From contig CAXTTL010000003.1 in assembly GCA_964247135.1 (NCBI GenBank), positions 1-45,823 of the forward strand: 45,823 nucleotides of DNA. Reading direction: 5' to 3'. Below are positions 1-9,259 of this stretch, piece by piece; within the stretch, counting starts at the first letter, position 1, and each line of letters opens with the position of its first letter. This DNA is from an uncultured Deinococcales bacterium. Lineage in GTDB: Bacteria; Deinococcota; Deinococci; Deinococcales; JAAFIG01. A program made the position numbers and the translations under genes. The notes beneath the pieces were generated by a model. That model did not search any database, was not told the DNA's origin, and saw only the letters and a program-made list of their open reading frames with translations.

Positions 1-1
1 C

Positions 2-1669
2 GGTTGTATCCTAAACTTGATAATCAATAATAATCACTGTGGTCATGCACTAGAATTTGGTGAGACGACTCAAGCCAAATCTATAATTGAAAAATCTTTT
101 CCCCAAATACGAACCCTAAATCAAAACGTAAATTTTCTCAATGTACTTGGCTTGACTGCCTATTATGCTGGGGATAGTCAAGAAGCCGCTCTCCTGTTTA
201 CTCAGATGCTCGATTTATTGCAAAGGAGTTCTGACCTCCGATTAAAAACGGTGGCACTTTACAATCGAAGTTTGGCTCGAGGACACTTGAATGACTACTT
301 TGGAAGTCTGGATGACCTTGAAACCGTGACTCGCCTTTGCGCCGAACTGGGAGACAACAAGCGATACGCACATGCTCAAGTTTTTGTTGGCAGAATACTG
401 ACAACACTTGGAGAATATGAAAGAGCCGAAGAAAAACTGGTGTCAAGTCAAGCGATTCTCGAGCCTCTAGGGTCGTCAAGTGCGCTGCTTGATTGCGTAC
501 GAAGCTTAAGTTCACTTTATTGCGATTGGCAACCTCCTTACGGCGGCACCCTGGCAATAAAATATGCGTCCATGGCTTTGCAGTATGCTCGATTTTTACA
601 AACCCCTTCAAAAGTCGCAATGGGTTTGTATGACTCGGCAATAGCGCAAGTTGTATTCGGTAATGCCGCTCATGGTTTGGAATTTGCTTTGGAAATGTTG
701 GAGCTGGCGCAATCGACCAAGCAACCAGAACTAATTCATTGTGCATATTTTTCGCAAGCGCTTTCTCTTAGTGCAATCCACCAACCAACCAAGGCGCTTG
801 CGGTTTTTGAACAGGCATTGGGTGTAGTGAAAGAACCACTACAGCAACATTTAACTGGTCTTGAAATGGCTCGACTCACCAACGATCTTGAGCGTGCCCA
901 AATCTCTCTTGCTTGGTTTAAAGATCACAATTTAATGAACGGTGTCAACATCGCACTCCGTTACTTTCCAGAACTCAAAGCCGAATCCCATCAAACACCA
1001 ACCACTCCAACATCAGAATCCATTCCGCAGCTCGAGGTGCTTGGTTCAATGCAAACCAGTCTCGAGTCCCAGATCACACCTGTGCGCGGTCGCAAACGCC
1101 AAGAACTTCTGGCACTCTTGCTCGAGGCTCGAATCTCTGGGCGCAACGAAGTTTCCAAACTCGAGCTTGCCGATAAACTGTATCCAGACACCGACGAAAT
1201 TCAAGCCAACGCGGGCTTGCGTGATGTGATTTACCAAATCCGCTCGAGCCTCGCTGAAACGGCGATCACCACCACCGCAAACGGTTACGCGCTGGGCGGT
1301 TTGAAGACGGATGTCGAAACCTTTTTACAGACTGGCAACACCAAACTTTGGCGCGGCGTGTACCTGGAAGGTCTGACGCTCGAAACTTCGGACACGGTGC
1401 GCGAAAGTCTTTATCTGGCACTCCGAACCCGTGCCCAAGCCTTGCTCGAGACTGATCCGCTCGAGGTGATTCGGATTGGTCGCTTGCTGTGCGAAGCTGA
1501 CCCTTACGATCTCGAGGCGCTGCGTTTGACGGTGATGGGTTTGCGGGCGGGACAAAATCACCGCAGCCTATCGCGGTTTTACGGGTCTGCCCGAACGAGG
1601 TTTCTCGAGATTGGTGAAGAACTGCCTGAAACCTGGCAGGAATTTCTTGCACCTGTTACGAGCGACTGA
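2..1669 (+). CDS. TPR protein with C-terminal SARP-like wHTH/BTAD module (5'-truncated by window edge); paralog of 31506..34646 and 35022..38144
   Basis: Frame is open from the window start. TPR-like helices are followed by motifs shared with the two paralogs: LYCDWQPPYGG-LAxKY, RYFPEL, LEVLGSMQ, RGRKRQELLALLLEARISG, TTANGYALG, LWRGVYL, EADPYDLE. Confidence 0.85.
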   Translation, partial: GCILNLIINNNHCGHALEFGETTQAKSIIEKSFPQIRTLNQNVNFLNVLGLTAYYAGDSQEAALLFTQMLDLLQRSSDLRLKTVALYNRSLARGHLNDYFGSLDDLETVTRLCAELGDNKRYAHAQVFVGRILTTLGEYERAEEKLVSSQAILEPLGSSSALLDCVRSLSSLYCDWQPPYGGTLAIKYASMALQYARFLQTPSKVAMGLYDSAIAQVVFGNAAHGLEFALEMLELAQSTKQPELIHCAYFSQALSLSAIHQPTKALAVFEQALGVVKEPLQQHLTGLEMARLTNDLERAQISLAWFKDHNLMNGVNIALRYFPELKAESHQTPTTPTSESIPQLEVLGSMQTSLESQITPVRGRKRQELLALLLEARISGRNEVSKLELADKLYPDTDEIQANAGLRDVIYQIRSSLAETAITTTANGYALGGLKTDVETFLQTGNTKLWRGVYLEGLTLETSDTVRESLYLALRTRAQALLETDPLEVIRIGRLLCEADPYDLEALRLTVMGLRAGQNHRSLSRFYGSARTRFLEIGEELPETWQEFLAPVTSD

Positions 1670-4031
1670 CGCGCACTTTTTCTGGGGTCAGGGCATACTC
1701 GAGGGCTTCGGAGTGGGTCATGGCACGACCACTGATCCAGGCGAGATTCCACTCGAGATCGGGAACGCGTTTTCTGGCTTCTTCCGTCCAGTGTTCAAAC
1801 CGCTCACGGTCAACAGGTGACCATTGATAACCGTTTATTTCATAGACCGCTTCGACATTGCCCCAAAGCCTTGCCGCCCTGAGCAGGTCTGAAGTGTTGG
1901 CTTCAGGATTGACCCACGAGGCGGCGAGGTCGGCTAAGGTGTCCGTCAACATCAACCTGCGCTCCATTTTCATTCCCAAGCGAAGGGCTTCTTTTAAAAA
2001 TGTTTGTGCTGTTTTGAAATCCTTGCGCTCCAGTGAGATTTCCCCCAAAACCCTGCACAACACCGGTTCCCAAAAAAAATCTGAATGTTTTCGACAGATC
2101 GCTAAACCTTCCTGGGCAAGTGTTTGTGCCTTGGCGTAATCTCCCAATGCCAATTTGGTATCTGCCAGCAAAAACAATGCTCCACACAAATGATAAGGAC
2201 TGCGAGGGTAGTGCAACCGTTTGTCAGGACCTGCCCTCACTTGAAAGAACGAAGACTTGTCATCAATTGGTGTGGATTGCTCAACCATCAATCGGCATAA
2301 ATCAAGCGCTGGCTCGAGTGCCTCGAGTGCCTCGTGGTGTAAGCCTTGCTCGAGTGCAACTTTGCCTGCCATTTGTAACATCACCACTTCCCAGTCGATG
2401 CGCCCGATCTGGCGACTGAGGGCAAGTCCTTCGGCAATCCAAGGCGGGGTCAACTCGAAAGCGCCAGTCTGCCAAGCGTAAGTACAGCCCATGTTAAGCG
2501 TCCAAATCCGCGATTCTGGTTCTATGTCCTGGCTGAGTGCCAATGTTGCTTTTAACCATTCAAGCCCTTCGCTTGGATAACCCCTACCTTGCCAGAACCA
2601 ATCCAATGACTGAACCAAATGCAGGAGTTGTTCAATTTTTGAGCTGTCCAAAGCCCTGCGAAGTGCCGCTCGTAAATTTCCGATTTCTGTTTCGTGCCAG
2701 TTTAAATCGACTTCTTTACTTATTTGTGCTTGGGAAATTTGCAAGTAATGCTCGAGGTGCGCGTCTCGAGCCGCTTCAAGTTCTTCACTCACCCTCAGTT
2801 GCTCGAGTGCGTACTCACGCAACGTCTCGAACAGGGTGTACCGTTCGCCATCATGTTGAATCAAATGCTCGTCCAAAAGTGCGTGTAAGTCCGTCTCTCG
2901 AGCCTCACAGAGGCTCAAGGCGGCTGTGGAGTCAAAGCCACCCACAAAGACACCCACATGTCTGAAAATTCGTTTTAAACGCACCTCGAGCCGTTCGTAA
3001 CTCCAGGCAATCGCGCCTTGCAAGGTGCGTTGGCGTTCGGAGTGGTCTGATGGTCCAGCACCCAAAGCGTTTAACACCTGGGCTTTGAGTTGCGCCGCAA
3101 GTTCTTCGGGGCTGGTGTGGCGCAAACGCACCGCCGCCAACTCGAGCGCGAGTGGTAAACCTTCAAGCCGTGTGACAATCTCGGCAATGGTGCTGGCGTT
3201 CTGAGCATTCAAACTGAACTTTGGGTCAAATGCCCGAACCCGCTCGAGGAACAATTGCACGGCTGGGTTGTCCGCAACGTGTGCCAACCCAGGCAGCTTC
3301 AAAGGCTCGAGCGCCCATTCTTGCTCGCCGTACAAACGCAAGGCAGTGCGGCTGGTCACCAGCACCCGCAAATCAGCACATTGCTCGAGCAAGCCCGAAA
3401 GTGCTGGGGCGGCGGTCAGCAAATGCTCGAAGTTGTCCAACACAAGCAACAACTGTTTGTCACGCAAAAAGTTTTGCAGTCGCAAAACCCGAGATTGCAC
3501 ACCACCATCCACCAAGCCAAGCCGTCGGATCACGCTTGGCAAAACCTGGTCAGGATGATCCAGGGCTGCCAATGGCACGACATAAACCCCATCGGCAAAG
3601 TGCGGCTGCAATTCGTGTGCCAGTTGCAACGCCAGTCGGGTTTTGCCCACCCCAGGCGCTCCGATCAGGGTCAACAACCGCGTTTGAGGTTGCAACATCA
3701 AATCTTGCAACCTCGAGAGTTCAGCCTCACGCCCAATTAAAGCGGTCAACGGCAACGGAATTTGACCCGACAGTATTTTGGCAGCGCTGGAGGCTCGAGC
3801 AACTGCGGGTTTGGCTTTTGCAAGGCGCAAAAAACGCTCGAGGTCGGCTGCTTCAATCTCGAGGTGCTGCGCCAAGGCTTCCGCCACCATGGGCGAGGGA
3901 CGGCGATGACCTTCCTCAATTTTTTGAATGGTGACAGGCGCACAACCGATCAGCTTCGCCAATTTCTTCTGGGTCAACCAGAGTTCCTTGCGCCGCTCGC
4001 GTACCCAATCGCCGATGGTCGTGCCTTCCAT
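1656..4031 (-). CDS. XRE-HTH + STAND (NB-ARC-like) ATPase + TPR transcriptional regulator
   Basis: N-terminal XRE HTH (LTQKKLAKLIGCAPVTIQKIEEGHRRPS), Walker A GAPGVGKT, Walker B LLLVLDNFEH, GLPLALELAA motif, C-terminal TPRs. Confidence 0.9.
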   Translation of the reverse strand: MEGTTIGDWVRERRKELWLTQKKLAKLIGCAPVTIQKIEEGHRRPSPMVAEALAQHLEIEAADLERFLRLAKAKPAVARASSAAKILSGQIPLPLTALIGREAELSRLQDLMLQPQTRLLTLIGAPGVGKTRLALQLAHELQPHFADGVYVVPLAALDHPDQVLPSVIRRLGLVDGGVQSRVLRLQNFLRDKQLLLVLDNFEHLLTAAPALSGLLEQCADLRVLVTSRTALRLYGEQEWALEPLKLPGLAHVADNPAVQLFLERVRAFDPKFSLNAQNASTIAEIVTRLEGLPLALELAAVRLRHTSPEELAAQLKAQVLNALGAGPSDHSERQRTLQGAIAWSYERLEVRLKRIFRHVGVFVGGFDSTAALSLCEARETDLHALLDEHLIQHDGERYTLFETLREYALEQLRVSEELEAARDAHLEHYLQISQAQISKEVDLNWHETEIGNLRAALRRALDSSKIEQLLHLVQSLDWFWQGRGYPSEGLEWLKATLALSQDIEPESRIWTLNMGCTYAWQTGAFELTPPWIAEGLALSRQIGRIDWEVVMLQMAGKVALEQGLHHEALEALEPALDLCRLMVEQSTPIDDKSSFFQVRAGPDKRLHYPRSPYHLCGALFLLADTKLALGDYAKAQTLAQEGLAICRKHSDFFWEPVLCRVLGEISLERKDFKTAQTFLKEALRLGMKMERRLMLTDTLADLAASWVNPEANTSDLLRAARLWGNVEAVYEINGYQWSPVDRERFEHWTEEARKRVPDLEWNLAWISGRAMTHSEALEYALTPEKVRVSRS

Positions 4032-4140
4032 ACCAAGTCAGTGTATGTCTTTTGGTACGACTTATGGTACGAAAAAAGCATTGCGCTGTCTGGCACGACT
4101 GATGTTCAATGTTCTTGTCCCAAAGGACAGGAGGATTTTG

Positions 4141-4638
4141 ATGAAAAAATTATTGATCGCTGGATTGTTGTTGACCGGTCTCTCGTTTGCCCAAACCCAA
4201 GCGCCCAGACAACCACTGGTGTCCTGCGAAGTTGGCAAGAATGCGCCCTGCATTGTCTTGGCGAACAAAACCGCAGACATGGCAGGCATCTGGAAGCAAT
4301 ACCAGAGCAATCCTGCTTTTGCGCCCTTGGGTGGCATGGGCTTTATTCGCTACAACACCAATGGAACGTTTGCCCTAGCTGATGCCCCAGAAAACACTGC
4401 CGCCCCGTACAAAACTTTCCCGCACGGTACGTTCAGTTTCCAGGGCAATCGAATGACCCTCAATGTGCAAGGTGTCGCTCCAACCATGCCCGAATGTGCT
4501 CGAGGTGTTTACGAGGTTCGAGTGATCCATCTTGGCGATCAATTGGTCGGAATGAGCTTCACAGCCATCGAGGACACCTGTAAACCGCGTCTTGGCGATA
4601 CCGCCCAAGTGCAACTTTATGTTGCTCCAGCGAATTAA
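4141..4638 (+). CDS. Secreted hypothetical protein
   Basis: RBS AGGAGG before ATG 4141; signal peptide MKKLLIAGLLLTGLSFA; four Cys; divergent from the XRE regulator. Confidence 0.8.
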   Translation: MKKLLIAGLLLTGLSFAQTQAPRQPLVSCEVGKNAPCIVLANKTADMAGIWKQYQSNPAFAPLGGMGFIRYNTNGTFALADAPENTAAPYKTFPHGTFSFQGNRMTLNVQGVAPTMPECARGVYEVRVIHLGDQLVGMSFTAIEDTCKPRLGDTAQVQLYVAPAN

Positions 4639-4674
4639 AACCTTCGAGCGTCATCGGCACAACCGTCATATTCC

Positions 4675-4706
4675 CGATTTCGATCTGACCGATGTATTGT
4701 TAATTT
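4675..4706 (+). promoter_or_regulatory. Direct-repeat box CGATT-N6-TGACC followed after 10 nt by -10-like TAATTT
   Basis: Same geometry as the boxes at 5918, 34660, 38158 and 41177. Confidence 0.55.
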
Positions 4707-4771
4707 GAATCAGGAATGAAATTGGGTTGCAACAAAAATCAAGTTCTGCATTCCAGCGAAAAGAGGATTCA

Positions 4772-5806
4772 ATGTCAACTCGAGCAAACAACAATAGCGA
4801 CAGTGGCAACGCTTTTGCAGACATGGCTTTTCTGGGCAGGGCTTATCAGGTTTCCAAAATGATTCAGGTGGCGGTGGCGCTCGAGTTGGCAGATCGGGTC
4901 GATGAAGGTTCAAAATCCATCAGCGACCTCGCGCTTGAGGCGGGCGCAGAACCTTCAATGTTGGGGCGTTTGTGTCGGGCTTTGGCGGCGTTTGGTATTT
5001 TTACCGTGGACAGCGACGGGAAGCTTGGCAACACCGCCCGCTCTGAATGCTTACGCAAAGCCGTCAAACCAACCCTTTATCATGCGGCAATGTACTGGAC
5101 ATCGCCTCATCTTTGGGCATCGTGGGCAAACCTCGAGCACGCTGTTCGGACTGGAGAATCAGCCTTTGACGCGGTGTTTGGAATGCCAAAATTTGAGTAC
5201 CTCAAAACGCATCCCGAAGAGGCTCAATTGTTCGACCTGTTCATGCAGAACAGCCCCGAGGATCGCCACGCGGCGGTGGTTGCGGCATATGACTTTTCAA
5301 AAGCAGGTTTGGTGGTTGACATTGGCGGCGGTAACGGTGCGCTGCTATTCGCAATCCTTAAAGCCAACCCTCAAGCTCGAGGGTTGCTGTTCGATCAAGA
5401 AAATGTGGTGGAGGCTGCCAATCAAGCGCTGAAAGATTTTGCGGGACGTTTGCAAGTTCAGGCTGGAAGTTTCTTTGAAAGCATTCCTGCTGGCGGTGAT
5501 GTTTACACCATGTCGCAAATTTTGCATGACTGGGACGACGAGCATTGCCTCAAGCTTCTGGCGAACACCCGCGCCGCAATGGGTTTGAATAAACGGCTGC
5601 TGGTGATTGAACGCCTGCTCGATCCAGAGGCAGGACAGACCAATCCGATGATTTACCTGGCAGACATCAACATGATGGTCAATTTGCATGGGCGCGAACG
5701 TAGCTTGTCCGAATTCACGCAACTCTTCACGGCTTGTAGATTCGGTGCACCGCAGATCACGCACACCACATCGCCCTTCTGCATTCTCGAGACGACCAGC
5801 ATCTGA
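4772..5806 (+). CDS. SAM-dependent O-methyltransferase (Methyltransf_2 with dimerisation domain)
   Basis: VVDIGGGNG SAM motif, GSFFES, ILHDWDDE; RBS AAGAGGA before ATG 4772. Confidence 0.9.
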   Translation: MSTRANNNSDSGNAFADMAFLGRAYQVSKMIQVAVALELADRVDEGSKSISDLALEAGAEPSMLGRLCRALAAFGIFTVDSDGKLGNTARSECLRKAVKPTLYHAAMYWTSPHLWASWANLEHAVRTGESAFDAVFGMPKFEYLKTHPEEAQLFDLFMQNSPEDRHAAVVAAYDFSKAGLVVDIGGGNGALLFAILKANPQARGLLFDQENVVEAANQALKDFAGRLQVQAGSFFESIPAGGDVYTMSQILHDWDDEHCLKLLANTRAAMGLNKRLLVIERLLDPEAGQTNPMIYLADINMMVNLHGRERSLSEFTQLFTACRFGAPQITHTTSPFCILETTSI

Positions 5807-5843
5807 GTTTGATTTTTAAAACGGCATCTCGAGAATTCAAAAC

Positions 5844-5912
5844 CTCGAGATTGGTGAAGTCTTGCCTACTGGTTGATGAGATGTCCTAACGTCAATCGGC
5901 ACAACTGCCCAA
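5844..5912 (+). pseudogene. Relic 3' tail of a deleted ATPase-TPR-BTAD regulator paralog
   Basis: Translates LEIGEVLPTG**DVLTSIGTTA, compared with intact C-termini LEIGEELPETWQEFL and LEVGEVLPSDWQAFL; begins at a CTCGAG. Confidence 0.6.
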
Positions 5913-5917
5913 ATTTC

Positions 5918-5949
5918 CGACTTCCATCTGACCGAGCCTGCTGTAAGGT
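5918..5949 (+). promoter_or_regulatory. Direct-repeat box CGACT-N6-TGACC followed after 10 nt by -10-like TAAGGT
   Basis: Conserved geometry; lies upstream of RBS AGGAGG of the zinc-ribbon gene. Confidence 0.55.
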
Positions 5950-5964
5950 CTGGACAAAGGAGGC

Positions 5965-6231
5965 GTGAATCTTGTGGAAGATTCGGGGGATTTCTGGGAA
6001 GGTCGGCGACAGGCGGCGACGCTGCGTTACCGATTGTGTCCAAGTTGCTTTAGGGCGGTGCCAGCCAGCTCGAGCGAACGGTACTGCATCAACGACGGCT
6101 CGTGGTTGCTCGAGGCTTGCCCGCTGTGCAATACCAGCATCACCAACCCGTATGCCCGTTACTGCGCCACATGCGGGCTGGAATTCGCAACGCTCGAGCA
6201 AGCAAAGATTGCACCAGAGTCTCGAGCGTAG
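5965..6231 (+). CDS. Small double zinc-ribbon protein
   Basis: CPSC..C-I-N-D..CPLC..CATC; RBS AAGGAGG + GTG; paralog of 41346..41561. Confidence 0.75.
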   Translation: MNLVEDSGDFWEGRRQAATLRYRLCPSCFRAVPASSSERYCINDGSWLLEACPLCNTSITNPYARYCATCGLEFATLEQAKIAPESRA

Positions 6232-6242
6232 GAGGTCAGTCT

Positions 6243-6554
6243 ATGAACCGATTTGCTTTATGGAAAGCCTTGATTTTCGTAGCACTAAAATTGCCCAAGG
6301 CTCGACTTTTGAAGCTCGAGCGCAAATAAAGTTGGGTGGCGTTCGTTGTGAAAACCTTAAAAGACCGTAAGTACGCCCAACGCGCCCGCAGACGATTTTG
6401 CAAAGGCACTTGTTTTGTCGCCCCCGTGGATTTGGTCTTGACTGGAAAACGTACCCTCGAGCAATGGGCGACCATTTTGAGTGAAGAACGTGACCTTGCG
6501 TTGGAAGCCAATGCAACCCAAGTCAACAAGCACTTCAGCATCACCCGAACCTAA
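6243..6554 (+). pseudogene. Probable degenerate gene with internal stop
   Basis: Strong RBS AGGAGG, ATG 6243 (MNRFALWKALIFVAL), in-frame TAA at 6327-6329, then the same frame continues to 6554. Confidence 0.35.
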
Positions 6555-6571
6555 CCTTCCCTAAACACAAC

Positions 6572-6645
6572 CTCGAGATTCCCGTGTGATTCGCTCGAGA
6601 TTCGTGAATTCTCCTCACCCAGAGAGCCTGAACACGGGCAGGCTC
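6572..6645 (+). ncRNA. Candidate kissing-loop cis RNA element, copy A
   Basis: Hairpin CTCGAG/CTCGAG with loop CCCGTGT; hairpin GAGCCTG/CAGGCTC with loop AACACGGG, complementary to the first loop; homologous to 43703..43779. Confidence 0.55.
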
Positions 6646-6682
6646 GAGATTCAACCTCAGCCTATTTTGAAAGGAACCATTC

Positions 6683-7483
6683 ATGCTCAACATCAACCGC
6701 CGCGATGCAATCAAACTTTTGGGCACAGCCGCCTTTGGGCTGATCTCGAGCCAGAATGCTGGTCTCGCCCAGAACGCCCGAATTGGCAAATTAACGGGAG
6801 CACCCGTTTTTGCCAAATACCCCGAATCGTTTGTCAACCTCAAAGTCCCCGCCGACAAGCCGCACACCACCGCTTACGCCGGTGAAACGCCGCAAGAAAG
6901 CACCTTGCTGCTGCGCACCCAAACCCGTCGGGCGTTCCATTACCACCAGAGTAAACTCGAGGTGGCGTACATCTGGCAGGGCGTCGGGGAAACGCTGGTC
7001 GGCAATGATCGCTATCCGATTGGTCCTGGGCAGGGCTGGGTCTTCGAGCCGCGCACCTCGCACGGTTTCGAGGGAAAGTTCGACATCATGGCGGTCTTCA
7101 CGCCGCAATTTCAAGCCGATGCGGTCAACATTGCCCAAGGCACCGGTCCGATGGAGGGACACGCCGTGCCGTTCACCTTTCAAGCGCCCAACTTGGAGGC
7201 AGGCTTGCCATTTGCGGCGAAGCTGCTGGTTGAGGTTCCCTCCGCGACGGTTGCGGCGCTCAAAGTGGATACCCTTCAAGCCTGGCATTATCATGTCAGC
7301 AAGGACGAAATGCTGATGGTGGTGGCTGGAACTGGTTACATTCAAGCCGAAACCAGCCGCCGAAAAGTTGAGCCTGGCAGCATCGCCATGATTCCCGCTG
7401 GGGCGTTGCATAAAATTCAGGGAAAACTCGAGTTGATCTCAATTACGACTCCGGCGCAGGCTGGTGATGTCAGGTTCGTTTAA
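6683..7483 (+). CDS. Tat-exported bicupin protein
   Basis: Tat motif NRRDAIKLLG; two cupin motifs (FHYH..LE..H; WHYH..DE..H). Confidence 0.8.
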   Translation: MLNINRRDAIKLLGTAAFGLISSQNAGLAQNARIGKLTGAPVFAKYPESFVNLKVPADKPHTTAYAGETPQESTLLLRTQTRRAFHYHQSKLEVAYIWQGVGETLVGNDRYPIGPGQGWVFEPRTSHGFEGKFDIMAVFTPQFQADAVNIAQGTGPMEGHAVPFTFQAPNLEAGLPFAAKLLVEVPSATVAALKVDTLQAWHYHVSKDEMLMVVAGTGYIQAETSRRKVEPGSIAMIPAGALHKIQGKLELISITTPAQAGDVRFV

Positions 7484-7560
7484 GGCAGGATGCCGCAATT
7501 CATTGAAGCCCTAAGTCGTGATCTCGAGCGAGAGCAATTTTGGTTTACGGAGGTTTGTAC

Positions 7561-9141
7561 ATGAATCAATTCTGGATGAAAACCCTGTCCGTTCCGTTTC
7601 TGATCGCCATGCTTGTGGCTTGTCCAGCAATTGTCACCGACAAGATCACAGGCATCGACGCGAGCGCCACGCCAGCCACGATTGCCTCCGCTGCCAGCTC
7701 GAGCTTGACGGCAACAGTCAGCGGCACTGGGACGTTTAACGCTGCGGTGGGTTGGAGTATTCTTTCCGGCGGCGGCAGCCTGTCCGCCACCACCGGCTCG
7801 AGCGTGACCTACACCGCACCCACCGTCACGGCAACCACCCCAGTGCAGATCAAGGCGACGGCGGCGGGTGACTCGAGCGTTTCCAAAACGGTTCAGGTGA
7901 CGGTGAGCACTTCAGCACCCACTGGCACTTTAACGTTGAACATCGCTGGACCAGTCGGCTCGACTGGGTTTGTCCCAAATGTCAGTGTCAGCGGGGTTAC
8001 CGCACCAGTCACCAGCCTTGGGGAACAGAGCCTGACCGTGCCCGTTGGCAACATCACAATAACCGTCAACAGTGTCACCAAAGCGGGCGCGTTCGTGGAT
8101 CGTGTGTTCTCTGGGTATATTTTCGGTGCGGGCAATCCAACCTCCAGCACGGTCAGCATTGCCCAAGGCGCTGTGACCAAGTTGACTATATTTTATGACG
8201 TTGGTGGTTTCAGCGGCAAGCTGTGGCTCACCAAAAGCGGTCCAAAATTCTACGGCATTGACGACGCCGTGCTGGCGGGTCCTGGAGGTTCCATCACGCC
8301 AGGCTCGAGCCTTGGTGCGGGAACAAATTACGACGATATCGCTTTTGATAAAAGCGGTAATTTATGGATCACCGACGGTGGGGCGAACGTCGTGCAGGAG
8401 TGGAGCCAAAATCAAAACTCGACTCCGCTTCAGACCATCACGACAAACAGCAAGGGTTCGATAGGTGGTCCGGTGGGGCTTGCTTTTGATGCTCAGGGCA
8501 ACTTATGGGTTTCAAACTACTTCAAGCACACCCTCGTCAGGTACAACAAATCTGTCCTCGACACTGCGACGGGAACCAACGCCCTCGAGCCAGACGCCAC
8601 TATTGATACGGTCGGTTTGGCAGGATATCAGCAGATCGCTTTTGACGCGACTGGCAATTTGTGGGCAATGGATTACAGAATCGGCAGCGGTTCACCCGAT
8701 TACCTCTACAAGTTTGACGCCGCCAAGTTGACCGCCAACCCAGCCCCGAGCGTCAACGTTACCTTGGAGTCGGATTTTTCTTCCGGCATCACGTTTGACA
8801 GTGCGGGCAGGTTGTGGATCACCGACGCGGGCGGCGTCAAAAAGTACGACCCGCCAACCGCCAGTGGTAAGCCAGCACCCCTGTTGACCCTGAACCGCTC
8901 TGCCGGTTCTGGCGGTCCTGCCACTGACGGTTTTGTCAACCCAAGTGCAACCGCATTTGACAAGGCGGGCAACCTATGGGTTCACGACAATTATGGCATC
9001 TACGAATTCACCGTGGCGCAAACTACGACACCCAAAACGGTTCTCGTCGCCACCCCAGATCAAAAACTTCTTTTTAGTGACATCAATAACTACACCTTGC
9101 GGTTTTATCCAATTCCAGCCAACTCGCCTTTGTACCACTAA
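7561..9141 (+). CDS. Lipoprotein with Ig-like domains and C-terminal NHL-like beta-propeller
   Basis: RBS GGAGG, lipobox LVAC, Thr-rich Ig-like repeats, repeated (I/L)AFDxxGNLW blades; paralog of 43810..45606. Confidence 0.85.
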   Translation: MNQFWMKTLSVPFLIAMLVACPAIVTDKITGIDASATPATIASAASSSLTATVSGTGTFNAAVGWSILSGGGSLSATTGSSVTYTAPTVTATTPVQIKATAAGDSSVSKTVQVTVSTSAPTGTLTLNIAGPVGSTGFVPNVSVSGVTAPVTSLGEQSLTVPVGNITITVNSVTKAGAFVDRVFSGYIFGAGNPTSSTVSIAQGAVTKLTIFYDVGGFSGKLWLTKSGPKFYGIDDAVLAGPGGSITPGSSLGAGTNYDDIAFDKSGNLWITDGGANVVQEWSQNQNSTPLQTITTNSKGSIGGPVGLAFDAQGNLWVSNYFKHTLVRYNKSVLDTATGTNALEPDATIDTVGLAGYQQIAFDATGNLWAMDYRIGSGSPDYLYKFDAAKLTANPAPSVNVTLESDFSSGITFDSAGRLWITDAGGVKKYDPPTASGKPAPLLTLNRSAGSGGPATDGFVNPSATAFDKAGNLWVHDNYGIYEFTVAQTTTPKTVLVATPDQKLLFSDINNYTLRFYPIPANSPLYH

Positions 9142-9167
9142 AGCTTTCGAGCAAAAATTAAGTCAGC

Positions 9168-9258
9168 CAACTCGAGCTTGATCGCATTCAAGCTCGAGTT
9201 GATGGTGGAGGCTCGAGGGATTGTTATTTCCCTCGAGCTTTGAATTTCAAAGCTCGGG
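9168..9258. terminator. Cluster of CTCGAG-based inverted repeats between convergent genes (likely bidirectional terminator)
   Basis: CAACTCGAGCTTGA/TCAAGCTCGAGTTG (14 bp), GCTCGAGGGA/TCCCTCGAGC (10 bp), CTCGAGCTTTGA/TCAAAGCTCGGG. Confidence 0.6.
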
Positions 9259-9259
9259 C

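Noticed and set aside
1670-1705. TnACC box after the first regulator paralog
   Set aside because: Absent; the gene ends overlapping a convergent CDS.
2312-2336. CTCGAGTGC short tandem repeat
   Set aside because: Within coding sequence (EALEALE); a by-product of CTCGAG abundance, not a CRISPR or VNTR.
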